Shown here: positions 9,767 to 20,214 of the stretch, one piece after another
Numbering within the stretch: position 1 is the first letter of the stretch
Layout: each line of letters begins with the position of its first letter
NCBI GenBank assembly: GCA_023418255.1
Contig: JAEZZZ010000032.1
Span: 1 to 60,810 of the forward strand
DNA length: 60,810 bases
Reading direction: 5' to 3'
DNA from: Bacteroidota bacterium
GTDB lineage: Bacteria > Bacteroidota > Bacteroidia > Bacteroidales > Dysgonomonadaceae
Notes under the pieces: generated by a model
What the model was told of the DNA's origin: nothing
Seen by the model: the letters and a program-made list of their open reading frames with translations, nothing else
The model's database searches: none
Position numbers and translations under genes: made by a program

Positions 9767-11107
9767 TTATTTCAACTTGTGCTCTTTAACAAAGTCGTCC
9801 AACACCTCTTGCAATGTGGGTGTACCTATTTCTTGCAAGTCGTAATGAACACGCACGGTCGGTTTCTTAATGTCAATCAGACGGTTCAGGTCAATTGGCG
9901 TACCAATAATTACCGTATCGCATTCCGTGTTGTTAATGGTTGTTTCCAAATCCTTCAACTGTTTGTCGCTATATCCCATTGCCGGTAAAATAGTGCCGAT
10001 AGATGGATATTGCTTAAACGTTTCTGCCAATTCGCCTACGATGTATGGACGAGGATCAATTTCTTCCGCGCAACCATATTTTCTGGCGGCAACAGTTCCC
10101 GCGCCAATTTTCATCTCACCGTGTGTCAATGTAGGACCGTCTTCAACAATTAAGCAGCGTTTGCCACGAATCATTTCAGGATTATCCACTTTAACAGGGC
10201 TTGCACCGTCAACAACGATAGCATTAGGATTGGCTTTCGCGATGTTTTCGCGCACAACCTGTATACCTTCGGGGGATGCCGTGTCAATCTTGTTGATGAC
10301 TACCACATCGGCAAGACGCAAGTTCACTTCACCCGGATAATAATTTACTTCTGCTCCGGGACGATGCGGGTCGGCAACAGTAATAGTCAAGTCGGGTTTG
10401 TAAAATGCAAAGTCGTTGTTTCCGCCATCCCAAAGGATAACATCGCATCCGGCCGGATCATTTTCCGCTTCACGCAATATCTTTTCATAATCCACTCCGG
10501 CATAAATCACATTGCCACGTACCACGTGTGGTTCGTACTCTTCCATCTCTTCGATGGTGCATTTGTGTTTTTTCAAGTCTTCTACTGTCGCAAAACGCTG
10601 TACAGCTTGCGCTTGCAAATCACCATACGGCATCGGGTGACGGATAGCGATCACTTTCAATCCACGTTTCATCAAATCTTCAATCACAGTGCGCGATGTT
10701 TGCGATTTTCCGCATCCGGTACGAGTAGCCACAACGGCAATCACCGGTTTTTTGCTCTTAATCATGGTTTCGCCAGGTCCCAACAAAATAAAGTTTGCGC
10801 CGGCTGCATTTACAATTGAACTGAGGTTCATCAAGTGCGGATAGGCAACGTCGCTATAAGAGAAGAAGCAATCTTGCACGTTTTTCTCTTTAATCAGTTG
10901 TGGCAATTCCGATTCCAATACAATGGGAATTCCTTCGGGATAAAGGTCTTCGCCGGCCAATGATGCCGGATATGCTCTTCCGTCAATGTAAGGGATTTGT
11001 GCTGCGGTAAATGCAACTACGTTGTAATGTGAATTTCCTCTGAAATAGGTATTGAAGTTGTGAAAGTCTCTTCCCGCAGCTCCAATAATGATAGCATTTC
11101 TTTTCAT
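9767..11107 (-). CDS. cyclic 2,3-diphosphoglycerate synthetase-like P-loop protein (tentative)
   Basis: 446 aa from ATG 11107; the ORF track starts at TTG 11161. MKRNAIIIGAAGRDFHNFN N-terminus and P-loop-like TRTGCGKS. The family is assigned from memory of similarly annotated Bacteroidota proteins. Confidence 0.55.
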   Translation of the reverse strand: MKRNAIIIGAAGRDFHNFNTYFRGNSHYNVVAFTAAQIPYIDGRAYPASLAGEDLYPEGIPIVLESELPQLIKEKNVQDCFFSYSDVAYPHLMNLSSIVNAAGANFILLGPGETMIKSKKPVIAVVATRTGCGKSQTSRTVIEDLMKRGLKVIAIRHPMPYGDLQAQAVQRFATVEDLKKHKCTIEEMEEYEPHVVRGNVIYAGVDYEKILREAENDPAGCDVILWDGGNNDFAFYKPDLTITVADPHRPGAEVNYYPGEVNLRLADVVVINKIDTASPEGIQVVRENIAKANPNAIVVDGASPVKVDNPEMIRGKRCLIVEDGPTLTHGEMKIGAGTVAARKYGCAEEIDPRPYIVGELAETFKQYPSIGTILPAMGYSDKQLKDLETTINNTECDTVIIGTPIDLNRLIDIKKPTVRVHYDLQEIGTPTLQEVLDDFVKEHKLK

Positions 11108-11332
11108 AATAATTAGTTGTAAAAGTATGATTAGGGTTATTAAATTTAATAATCTCAACAAAGATAATTATTTTTTTGTATAGATAAGCATATTATGGAT
11201 TTTTTTTGGAAGATTCATTTTTATTGTTTCAGCTTGCTGTTTAAAATTATACACTCTCGATCTGATGATTATAAATGAAGAGGGGTGCTTATAACAAATA
11301 CACTGTTGCCCGACAAGCGTATATAAACAGCT

Positions 11333-11372
11333 AAAAAAACAAACACTCTTCGCTGCATCCAAGAGTGTTTGT
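11333..11372 (-). terminator. intrinsic terminator of the flavodoxin/DUF2023 unit
   Basis: Perfect 12-bp stem ACAAACACTCTT / AAGAGTGTTTGT with a 10-nt loop. The A-run at 11333-11339 is a T-run on the minus strand. Confidence 0.75.
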
Positions 11373-11422
11373 TAAGCTAGTTCTGTTAAATATTGTATAT
11401 AAAATAGAGTTTTCCCGTATAT

Positions 11423-11797
11423 TCAATAAGCATCCGTTAATACAGTAGAGTAAACGCGGCTTCTTTTCTTCACCTGCAAATAGCGTTTGCATTGTTCTGT
11501 ACGATTGTATCCCAACATAATGCCTAGCATAAAATCTTCCTCAGCGGTATAATTATTCAATTTTTTATTTCCAAATGAAGATAAAACTTGAATGCATGCT
11601 TCATCGCCAAAAAAAACATTGCTGCGTTCATTGTCTAGGGATTGCATTATATAAGAAATATGCGACTTGCTTAGTTTCAACTCAATAAAACCTTTTATCG
11701 AATTAGAAAAGGTGTAAAGAGCCAAATCACGCAATCCCTTTTTATACTCATACAGCAAATGTAAAAAAACCTGTATCGATTCCTCTCTTTTGCTCAT
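11423..11797 (-). CDS. DUF2023-like small protein (function unknown)
   Basis: 124-aa ORF 15 nt downstream of the flavodoxin gene on the same strand. The family name is from memory. Confidence 0.55.
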   Translation of the reverse strand: MSKREESIQVFLHLLYEYKKGLRDLALYTFSNSIKGFIELKLSKSHISYIMQSLDNERSNVFFGDEACIQVLSSFGNKKLNNYTAEEDFMLGIMLGYNRTEQCKRYLQVKKRSRVYSTVLTDAY

Positions 11798-11812
11798 TGC
11801 TTATTTTTCTAT

Positions 11813-12319
11813 TTATCCTAATTCAGCTTTTAACGCTTCTGTCCATTTGGCAATGCGTTCGTCAGACATATCCGATTCGTTGTCTTCATCCAAAGGCAGC
11901 CCAACGAAAGAGCCATCAACAAATGCTTTGGAATCATCAAATGTGTAACCATCTGAACTCACTTTGCCAATAAAGCGACAGCCCGTGTTAGCAAGAGATT
12001 CGTAAAGAATTCCCATTCCGTCAGTAAATGTGTCGGGATAACCTGATGAGTCTCCCAAACCAAATAGAGCTACTGTTTTTCCGGAAAGATTCAAGCCACC
12101 CAAATTGGCTTCGTAAGTTGCCCAATCGTCTTGCAACTCACCAATACCCCAAGTAGATGTTCCTAAAATGAGTAGGTCGTAGTTTTGAAAATCATCGTCT
12201 GTTACATTGCAGACATCTTTTACATCTACATTGTAGCCTGAGAATGCGGCTGCTATTTTCGAAGCGGCATCTTTTGTGTTATCTGTACTTGATCCGTAAA
12301 TAATTGCAATTGATTTCAT
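11813..12319 (-). CDS. fldA: long-chain flavodoxin
   Basis: 168 aa. IIYGSSTDNT FMN-phosphate loop, WG..ELQDDW, and GLGDS..YPD motifs. Confidence 0.9.
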   Translation of the reverse strand: MKSIAIIYGSSTDNTKDAASKIAAAFSGYNVDVKDVCNVTDDDFQNYDLLILGTSTWGIGELQDDWATYEANLGGLNLSGKTVALFGLGDSSGYPDTFTDGMGILYESLANTGCRFIGKVSSDGYTFDDSKAFVDGSFVGLPLDEDNESDMSDERIAKWTEALKAELG

Positions 12320-12393
12320 ACGTTTAGTTTTTTGTTTTTGTTTAAAGTGTTATGATTACATAAAAGTAATTATTTCTTATATGTTTCGCCTTG

Positions 12394-12401
12394 CAAAATT
12401 A
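12394..12401 (-). promoter_or_regulatory. candidate -7 box for the flavodoxin gene
   Basis: Plus-strand CAAAATTA is TAATTTTG on the minus strand, ~75 nt upstream of ATG 12319. Confidence 0.3.
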
Positions 12402-12538
12402 GCGGATTTTTCTTCTACACACAATCACTAAAAATAGTGAGTTTTCATCCTAAAAATCACCATAAATAGGGATGCCAGCCTCTCCATTTTTTGATGAAAA
12501 ACAACAAAGTAAAACACAACTCACCAGCAACAAAAACA

Positions 12539-12841
12539 TTATAAAACACTTACATTCAAACAATAAAATCGCTCTTTTTTTGAGCAAAAGCGGATAAAAT
12601 AAATGAGATAGAATATCTTATCTCGCCCTGCAAAGTAAGCATTCCAAATCACAAAACCGCCACGCTCCCAATGAACCAACTTCATCGGATTGCGATTTTT
12701 ATTCACAAACACGTAAACCTCGCCGCTCGTAGGGAGTAAAGACAGTTGCCGGATACATCCGCACAAACCGTCTATGCCCTTACGCAAATCAACGCCTTGC
12801 ATACACAACACAAACCGATTGCTTTCATTTAAACTAAACAT
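12539..12841 (-). pseudogene. IS66-family TnpB (Orf2) remnant, 3'-truncated
   Basis: The first ~66 aa (MFSLNESNRF...DLRKGIDGLCG...GEVYVFVNKNRNPMKLVHWERGGFVIW) match the IS66 accessory protein TnpB pattern. The rest diverges into junk. No tnpA or tnpC ORF lies nearby. Confidence 0.65.
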
Positions 12842-13414
12842 TTCGTTTTTTTCGGCAAAGATCGAAAAAACAAGGGAGAACTAAAAGACGGCAAATTTGG
12901 GATGCTTACGATTTTGCAAATAACCATTTTTCATTGTTCACAACATATACTGTTTTAATCCACAAAACTAGTGTACGATTACACGATGTTTTGTAGTGAA
13001 TAGACTTCAATTATACATCAATAAGAAATACAATACACACACTTCCAGCGAAATGTAAAGATAATTGATTTACTTAACTTCGGTCTCTATTTGCGTCAAA
13101 AATAATCGATTTTTGTTTTAGTACAAATCATCCCGATATACACATACCTGGTATTCAAGGGAGATTGATTCACTGCGTTCACAATTACACGACACGGCAA
13201 AAAGTTTTAGCGGACACCAATAAAATATTACACACTTTTTGGGGATACTACGAAGAATATATTCGGGGGGTGATGGTTGACAGGGAGCAACATAAAAATG
13301 AAGTGTGTCATTAATAGCGAACTGCTACATTGTTTTCAAGATTCTGACTTGATCATGGGCCCATTTTAGCCTCATTTCCAGAACCTTTCACTCAACATCA
13401 TTTAATGAAGTACC

Positions 13415-13456
13415 AAAGGAACTGTGTCGAAATACAAATTTCGACACAGTTCCTTT
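13415..13456. terminator. strong hairpin downstream of the V-ATPase K gene
   Basis: Perfect 19-bp stem AAAGGAACTGTGTCGAAAT / ATTTCGACACAGTTCCTTT with a 4-nt loop, 28 nt beyond the atpK stop. The U-tract is weak. Confidence 0.6.
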
Positions 13457-13483
13457 ACTGATTTTATATTGTTTGATGGCTGC

Positions 13484-13954
<471 letters not shown>

Positions 13955-13981
13955 TTAATTTGATTTGTTATATTATTTATT

Positions 13982-15808
13982 TTAATTTTTAAAGGGTTGA
14001 TATCGTTGACCTCCGCCTGTAAACTCGGAATTCTTAAAGAATTCTACAAACGTAAGACGCATTGGGTGCACAATGGCTCCCAACGTATTCATAAAGATAT
14101 TGATGGCGTGTCCAAAAATAAAAATTATGATGGTGACAATGGGACCGACCACCGCGATATCCGGACTCATTCCCGTGGCAAGGCTTGTAAAAACGCTCGC
14201 CAAAATTCCTCCGGAAAGTCCCAGCGCGAACAAACGAACATACGACAAAATATCGCCCAGCAGTCCGGTTGCCATATTATAGGTATCCCATACCCCCAAA
14301 CCGATGTTCAAGAATATATTTTTTCCGGGTGAGTTTACAAAGAATATCAAAGCGGCGCTTATTGCCACAATAATAAGATGTGACGTGCTAAACATCGGCA
14401 TTACGTTGCCAAATAGTTGAGTAAATATGAAACTGAGTAAAAGTAGAATCCAACCGATGGTTGAAAGAGCATAGGCAAAACCAAATTGAATAGCTCGATT
14501 GACCGCTTTAAGGCACATGCCAAAAACTATCTGGATAACTCCCAAAATAAGTGCCAAGTTAAACATTTTGTTGTTATCGAAAAAAATCTTATCCCTCAAA
14601 GTTTGAGCGATAGGATTATCCAATTTGTATAAATCGACACCGAAAAATCCTCCCGTAAGCAATCCGGTGAAAAAGGTGGAAGCGCCGAGGAACTGCACCA
14701 ACGTCATGAGTGATTTCATCGAGGGCGATATTTTCTTTCTGGCAATAATCTTATACGCCGTTGCCACCACAAAAAGGAACAACCCATATCCGATGTCTCC
14801 CAAACTAAGTCCGAAGAAAATCATGAAAAAGGGTGCGAAAAAGGGCGTCAAGTCCAATTCGTTATATTTTGGCAGCATATAAAGGTTGGTAATTGGTTCA
14901 AACAGTTTGAAAAACTTATTGTTCGACAATTGAATAGGCACGTCGTCTTCCGGTTGAGGATCCGAAACTTCAAAATAGGCGTTTTTTGACTGCAAATATC
15001 GCGTAATCTCTTCAATATTTTTGGCGGGCACCCACCCTTGCATAACCATCACCTTTTCGTCGGCTACTTTTTCGGCGCTTGCTTTCACGCGCGTAAACGT
15101 CATTTTAGACTCCACTTCGTGGATTGCAGCTTCCAATGATGGCAATTCGTTGGCAAGAGTCGCCAGTTTTTCGTCTTGTAGACGATATTTTTCTTCTAAG
15201 TCGTCAATCAAGCTGTCCAATCGCGACAATTCGGCATCGGGCAATTGAATCGTTTCAAGGTGCAGCGCGGCCGCCACATCTTCTTTGCTTTGGCGTGTGA
15301 TGGTGATGAAATGAGTCCGTCCGGCAACTGTTGAAACAACAATCGCGTTATACTCATCTTCCCACTCTTCGCGAAAAGCATTTTCTTGCACAACAAAGAA
15401 GTGGACGTTATACCCTGCTTGTTCAATTTTTTTGATGTTGTCAGGATTAAAATTTCCCCAAGGCGACAAGGCGTCACGTTCTTTCTTGCTGACCTGTATT
15501 TGTTGAGTGAGTTTGTTTTTTTCTTCCTCTATATCTTCAATGAGCGAAGGAATTTGATAGCCTCGGGCTATATCGGTTTTATTTCGCGGTTCCGCGGCTT
15601 GCTTTTTGTCTTTACGCGGCGACAACGTACGCTGCGCGTCGTTCAACTTTTTCAACACAAGGCGATAGTCTTCCAATTGCTTGTTGTTGTCAATGGCGTC
15701 TTTTCTTTCCGCGATGTGTATCATGCCAAGCTCACCCAACTCGTTGAGAAACTCATTGTACTCTTTATGATAGACAAGAAAAGCTATTTTTTTCATTTTT
15801 GTAATCAT
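13982..15808 (-). CDS. atpI: V-type ATPase subunit I
   Basis: 608 aa with a soluble coiled N-terminal half and a polytopic C-terminal half ending ...HPMRLTFVEFF. The start overlaps the subunit D stop (ATGA). Confidence 0.9.
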   Translation of the reverse strand: MITKMKKIAFLVYHKEYNEFLNELGELGMIHIAERKDAIDNNKQLEDYRLVLKKLNDAQRTLSPRKDKKQAAEPRNKTDIARGYQIPSLIEDIEEEKNKLTQQIQVSKKERDALSPWGNFNPDNIKKIEQAGYNVHFFVVQENAFREEWEDEYNAIVVSTVAGRTHFITITRQSKEDVAAALHLETIQLPDAELSRLDSLIDDLEEKYRLQDEKLATLANELPSLEAAIHEVESKMTFTRVKASAEKVADEKVMVMQGWVPAKNIEEITRYLQSKNAYFEVSDPQPEDDVPIQLSNNKFFKLFEPITNLYMLPKYNELDLTPFFAPFFMIFFGLSLGDIGYGLFLFVVATAYKIIARKKISPSMKSLMTLVQFLGASTFFTGLLTGGFFGVDLYKLDNPIAQTLRDKIFFDNNKMFNLALILGVIQIVFGMCLKAVNRAIQFGFAYALSTIGWILLLLSFIFTQLFGNVMPMFSTSHLIIVAISAALIFFVNSPGKNIFLNIGLGVWDTYNMATGLLGDILSYVRLFALGLSGGILASVFTSLATGMSPDIAVVGPIVTIIIFIFGHAINIFMNTLGAIVHPMRLTFVEFFKNSEFTGGGQRYQPFKN

Positions 15809-16410
15809 AGCTCTCTCTCCTTTCTTTGCTCTAAGTGTTCGCGCATAATTTTTTGAGATGATTTTGACAAGTTTTCTTCATCTTCCAAGTAGCGTTTAAT
15901 TTTCAATATCGCATCTTGATAACCGGGGATTTGCACTTTCTCAAATAGATTTACTTTTTGCGTTGTCTTCTTTCGAGCATATTCGAGTCGAGAAAGTTTT
16001 ATTGCCACAAAATCGCGTTTCATTCCCAATTCGGCCAAAGTTTCGAGCGTATGCACGCCATCAAGGAACCATTTGGGTGAATTAAAAACACTAAATGGCT
16101 TGGTCTGAAATTCGACATCTTCAAAGACGGGTATGGATACGCCGGCAATCTTACGCTTCGAAAAATGGATATCTTTCACGCTCACAAGCGACGCGTCAAA
16201 TTCGTTCCACAAGGCAAGCATCTTTTCGTATGAGCGAATTTGATTTTCCAACGCTTCGTCCAACGTGTCCATCTCCTTTTTGGCTCGCTTTACCTCCATC
16301 CGCAGCGCGCTCTCTTTATTCTGCAATGTGGGAAGTGCTCTTTCCCGCATTTTCAGGTTCTTTTCGAGTGCCTGTTTTGAAGTTTTATTGTATTGAAATT
16401 TTATCGCCAT
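15805..16410 (-). CDS. atpD: V-type ATPase subunit D
   Basis: 201-aa helical protein with RALPTLQNKESALRMEV, typical of V/A-type subunit D. Confidence 0.88.
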   Translation of the reverse strand: MAIKFQYNKTSKQALEKNLKMRERALPTLQNKESALRMEVKRAKKEMDTLDEALENQIRSYEKMLALWNEFDASLVSVKDIHFSKRKIAGVSIPVFEDVEFQTKPFSVFNSPKWFLDGVHTLETLAELGMKRDFVAIKLSRLEYARKKTTQKVNLFEKVQIPGYQDAILKIKRYLEDEENLSKSSQKIMREHLEQRKEREL

Positions 16411-16530
16411 ATTTATCTTTTCCTCAACACATGTTATTGTTGCTTATCTTTCTGTTGCTCTTTGTCTTTTTCTTTATCTCTATCTTTCCGTTTTACGGTG
16501 TGTTTTAATTTCAACACCGCGAAGTTGAGT

Positions 16531-17022
16531 TCAATACTCGTTTCCGTATCGGATACACGCAATTCTTCTCCCAATATTTCCGACATTATATCGCCACCTT
16601 TCCGCATCAGCGATTTTTGTTGTACCTCGTTTTGTCTGCGACAATTCGGAAACGCTACGCGACAATTCTCGTATTTTTGTATAGGTTTCCACAATCGCGA
16701 GGGTGGTTTGTGTTGCTTTTGCACTTTTCAAAATTGTAGCAAGCATATAAAGTCCTTTTTCGGTGAAGGCTTTTGGGGAAACAGGTGGATATTTCAATTT
16801 TTCAAGGTGGTGGAAATTTTCCACAACCTCTTTCTTCTCATCTTTATTTAGTTCGAAAATATATCCTTTTGGAAACTTATCAGAATTATTTTTTACGGCT
16901 TTATTAACATCACGTGTTTCCACACCGTACAACTCTGCCACATCGCTATCGAGAATCACATATTGATTCCGAACCGATATGATTTTGTCTTCTACGTTAT
17001 GAAACTGAATGCTGTGCGACAT
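16531..17022 (-). CDS. ORF6N (KilA-N-related) domain protein, possibly frameshifted at its 3' end
   Basis: IISVRNQYVILDSDVAELYGVETRDVNKAVKNNSDKFPKGYIFEL matches the ORF6N domain pattern. The start was set at ATG 17022 (MSHSIQF), 19 nt after the subunit B stop. A second frame, 16434..~16640, carries a more protein-like C-terminus. Confidence 0.75.
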   Translation of the reverse strand: MSHSIQFHNVEDKIISVRNQYVILDSDVAELYGVETRDVNKAVKNNSDKFPKGYIFELNKDEKKEVVENFHHLEKLKYPPVSPKAFTEKGLYMLATILKSAKATQTTLAIVETYTKIRELSRSVSELSQTKRGTTKIADAERWRYNVGNIGRRIACIRYGNEY

Positions 17023-17041
17023 TGTAAAGAAAGAAATAAAT

Positions 17042-18358
17042 TTATTTGTCCCAATACTTATCAACAAGCTCTTTCTTCATATTCACCTCTTCGGGTTTGA
17101 AGTGTTTGGCAAAGAGCTGCCACGTGGTGTTGAGCATCTCTTCGGAGTCCACATTCACATCAATTGCCAAAATATATTCCGAATAGTCTTTGGCAAATGC
17201 CAAAGTACGATGGTCGTAGTCGGTCAGGTCGAAACCGTTTTCCAATTTCGTTTTCGCATTGGCGGCATCGGCATACATACGTACGGCGGCGTTCATCACT
17301 TGTGGATGGTCTTCGCGCGTTTTCTTTCCTTGTACAAGCTGTTTCAAGCGCGACAATGAACGGAAAGGATCGACAATCACTTTTCCGATATCACTATCCC
17401 TTCTCAAGAACAACTGTCCTTCGGTGATGTATCCGGTATTGTCCGGCACAGCGTGTGTAATATCGCCTCCGGACAAGGTGGTAACAGCAATAATGGTAAT
17501 GGAACCACCCGATGGAAATTGTGCCGCTTTCTCATATATTTTTGCCAAATCAGAATAGAGCGAACCCGGCATCGAGTCTTTCGATGGAATCTGATCCATA
17601 CGGTTGGACACGATTGCTAAAGCGTCGGCATAGGAAGTCATATCGGTAAGCAGTACCAGTACTTTTTCGTTTTTATCTACCGCGAAATATTCCGCCGCCG
17701 TAAGGGCCATATCCGGGACAAGCAAACGCTCAACCGGCGCATCTTCGGTCGTATTTACAAAGCTAATGATGCGATCAAGCGCTCCGGCATTGCTAAATAC
17801 ATTTTTGAAATAGAGGTAGTCGTCGTTGGTCATTCCCATGGCACCAAGAATAATTTTATCGGCTTGTGCGCGCAATGCAACGGTTGCCATCACTTGATTA
17901 AACGGCTGGTCAGGATCGGCAAAGAATGGTATCTTTTGTCCCGAAACCAACGTGTTGTTCAAGTCAATTCCGGCAATACCGGTAGCAATCAACTCCGATG
18001 GCTGTTTACGGCGAACAGGATTTACGGAAGGACCGCCGATCTCACGCTCTTCACCTTCGGGAACAGGACCACCGTCGATGGGGTTTCCAATGGCGTCGAA
18101 AAAGCGTCCGGTTAATTGGTCGCCTACTTTTAGCGAGGGGGCTTTACCTAAAAATATTACTTCGGCATTGGTGGGAATTCCTTCGGTTCCTCCAAATACC
18201 TGCAACGTAACCTCGTCGCCCATAATTTTTACTACTTGCGCCAATTTTCCCTCTACGGTTGCCAACTCATCGTAACCCACGCCTGTAGCTTTCAGCGAGC
18301 AAGTCGCTTTGGTTATTTGAGAGATTTTCGTGTATATCTTCTGAAATGCTTTTGCCAT
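17042..18358 (-). CDS. atpB: V-type ATPase subunit B
   Basis: 438 aa with clear V/A-ATPase B-subunit similarity (GQKIPFF, PSKDSMPGSLYSDLA, ITEGQLFL). Confidence 0.95.
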   Translation of the reverse strand: MAKAFQKIYTKISQITKATCSLKATGVGYDELATVEGKLAQVVKIMGDEVTLQVFGGTEGIPTNAEVIFLGKAPSLKVGDQLTGRFFDAIGNPIDGGPVPEGEEREIGGPSVNPVRRKQPSELIATGIAGIDLNNTLVSGQKIPFFADPDQPFNQVMATVALRAQADKIILGAMGMTNDDYLYFKNVFSNAGALDRIISFVNTTEDAPVERLLVPDMALTAAEYFAVDKNEKVLVLLTDMTSYADALAIVSNRMDQIPSKDSMPGSLYSDLAKIYEKAAQFPSGGSITIIAVTTLSGGDITHAVPDNTGYITEGQLFLRRDSDIGKVIVDPFRSLSRLKQLVQGKKTREDHPQVMNAAVRMYADAANAKTKLENGFDLTDYDHRTLAFAKDYSEYILAIDVNVDSEEMLNTTWQLFAKHFKPEEVNMKKELVDKYWDK

Positions 18359-18394
18359 AATTATTTTAAAATGCTTTTGATTTTTGCCAATGAA

Positions 18395-20179
18395 TCAAGA
18401 CACTGTTTGTGCTTCTTCAACTTTGTTTGTTTTGGTAGCCAGCAATTCGTCCAATTGCTGGCGATATTTATTAAACTCATCGGAATGGAATTCAGAATAG
18501 TTCATCTGTTTGCAAATGTTGATGAGTTGCTTAAAGTAATCTGCCACTTCGATGAACGACTCAAATTCAAATTCGGCATGGCAAATATCCACCACCAAAT
18601 CAAGAATATATCGTTGTCGTTCCAATGGGGTTACCGAGTCAATTGCGTCGAAGGCATCTTGCTGCAACACCACAAAATCAATGAGTTCTGATTTCCATAG
18701 AGTGATGTGATACTCTACAGGAACGCCATCATCACCCAAAATATTGATTTGCTCCGAAATCTCTTTACCTCTCAAAAGGCGCGTTTTTATCTCATTCACC
18801 TTTTCTATCCATTCATCAGAGATATGTTCTTTGATGTACTCTTCAAACTCCGGATACTCAATGTATTTTGAATAGGAGTCGATGGGATTCACGGCCGGGT
18901 AGCGTTTTTTATCGGCTCTGTCTTGCTCCAAGGCATAGAAACAGCGTGCTACTTTTTTCGTATTTTCTGTTACGGGTTCTTTCAAGTTACCTCCGGCGGG
19001 TGAAACCGTTCCGATAAAAGTAATGGAACCGGTTTGTCCATTGTTGAGGATAACGTGTCCGGCACGTCCATAAAAGTTCGAGATAATGGACGACAAGTCC
19101 ATCGGGAAAGCATCCGGACCGGGGAGTTCTTCCAAACGGTTACTCATCTCACGCAGTGCTTGCGCCCAACGAGACGTAGAGTCAGCCATCAGCAAGATTT
19201 TTAATCCCATAGCACGGTAATACTCGCCAATACTCATTGCCGTATATACTGACGCTTCACGTGCTGCCACAGGCATGTTGGATGTGTTGGCAATGATGAT
19301 GGTTCGCTCCATCAACTTTCGTCCGGTATGCGGGTCGTCCAATTCCGGGAACTCCGTAAATATCTCTACCACCTCGTTGGCACGTTCACCGCAAGCGGCA
19401 ATAATTACGATGTCGGCTTCGGCTTGTTTTGAGATGGCATGTTGCAACACCGTTTTTCCCGTCCCAAATGGTCCGGGAATAAATCCGGTACCGCCTTCAA
19501 CAATCGGATTTAGCGTGTCGATGGTACGCACGCCTGTTTCTAGAAGTTTATATGGACGCGGTTTTTCTTTATAAAGCGTGAGTGCCTTTTTCACGGGCCA
19601 ACGCTGTATCATGTTTAGCTTTATTTCGTTGCCTTCTTCATCTTCTACTACGGCAACGGTGTGATATATATTAAATTGTCCCGGTTCGGAAACACTTTTA
19701 ACCGTATAGGTCCCTTCCATTTTGAATGGCACCATTATTTTGTGAGATTTAAAATTCTCGTCCACTTCACCCAACCAGTCGCCGGCAGAGACTTTGTCGC
19801 CGGGTTTGGCAAGAGGTTTAAATTCCCACAGTTTTTCTTCGTCTAAGGGGAATGTGTATTCACCACGTTTGAGGAATACGCCTTCCATCTTATCCAAATC
19901 GTTCTGCAATCCATCTAAGTTTCGTTCAAGCAAACCCGGACCCAGCACCACTTCAAGCATGTGTCCGACAAACTCTACCGGTGCTCCCACGCTAAGTCCT
20001 CGTGTGCTCTCAAACACTTGCACATAGGCATTCTTTCCTACCACTTTTATAACTTCTGCCATCAGTTTTGTGTCTTGCAAAACGATGTATGCAATTTCGT
20101 TTTGAGCAACGGCTCCTTGCGTTACCTCTACAATAACGAGGTTGGAAATGATTCCTTTTACTGTTCCTTTTGTTAGCAT
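18395..20179 (-). CDS. atpA: V-type ATPase catalytic subunit A
   Basis: 594 aa with Walker A GPFGTGKT, LMADSTSRWAEAL-like LMADSTSRWAQAL, and GSITFIGTVSPAGG. Confidence 0.96.
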   Translation of the reverse strand: MLTKGTVKGIISNLVIVEVTQGAVAQNEIAYIVLQDTKLMAEVIKVVGKNAYVQVFESTRGLSVGAPVEFVGHMLEVVLGPGLLERNLDGLQNDLDKMEGVFLKRGEYTFPLDEEKLWEFKPLAKPGDKVSAGDWLGEVDENFKSHKIMVPFKMEGTYTVKSVSEPGQFNIYHTVAVVEDEEGNEIKLNMIQRWPVKKALTLYKEKPRPYKLLETGVRTIDTLNPIVEGGTGFIPGPFGTGKTVLQHAISKQAEADIVIIAACGERANEVVEIFTEFPELDDPHTGRKLMERTIIIANTSNMPVAAREASVYTAMSIGEYYRAMGLKILLMADSTSRWAQALREMSNRLEELPGPDAFPMDLSSIISNFYGRAGHVILNNGQTGSITFIGTVSPAGGNLKEPVTENTKKVARCFYALEQDRADKKRYPAVNPIDSYSKYIEYPEFEEYIKEHISDEWIEKVNEIKTRLLRGKEISEQINILGDDGVPVEYHITLWKSELIDFVVLQQDAFDAIDSVTPLERQRYILDLVVDICHAEFEFESFIEVADYFKQLINICKQMNYSEFHSDEFNKYRQQLDELLATKTNKVEEAQTVS

Positions 20180-20214
20180 ATATTGTTGTTATATTGTTTC
20201 TGTTTTTTATATGA

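Noticed and set aside
16434-16500. A repetitive CT-rich tract (ctttgtctttttctttatctctatctttcc) was considered as a tandem repeat or mini-array.
   Set aside because: On the minus strand it simply encodes a Lys/Asp/Glu-rich tail (KRKDRDKEKDKEQQKDKQQ) of the alternative ORF6N frame. It has no regular period or spacer structure.
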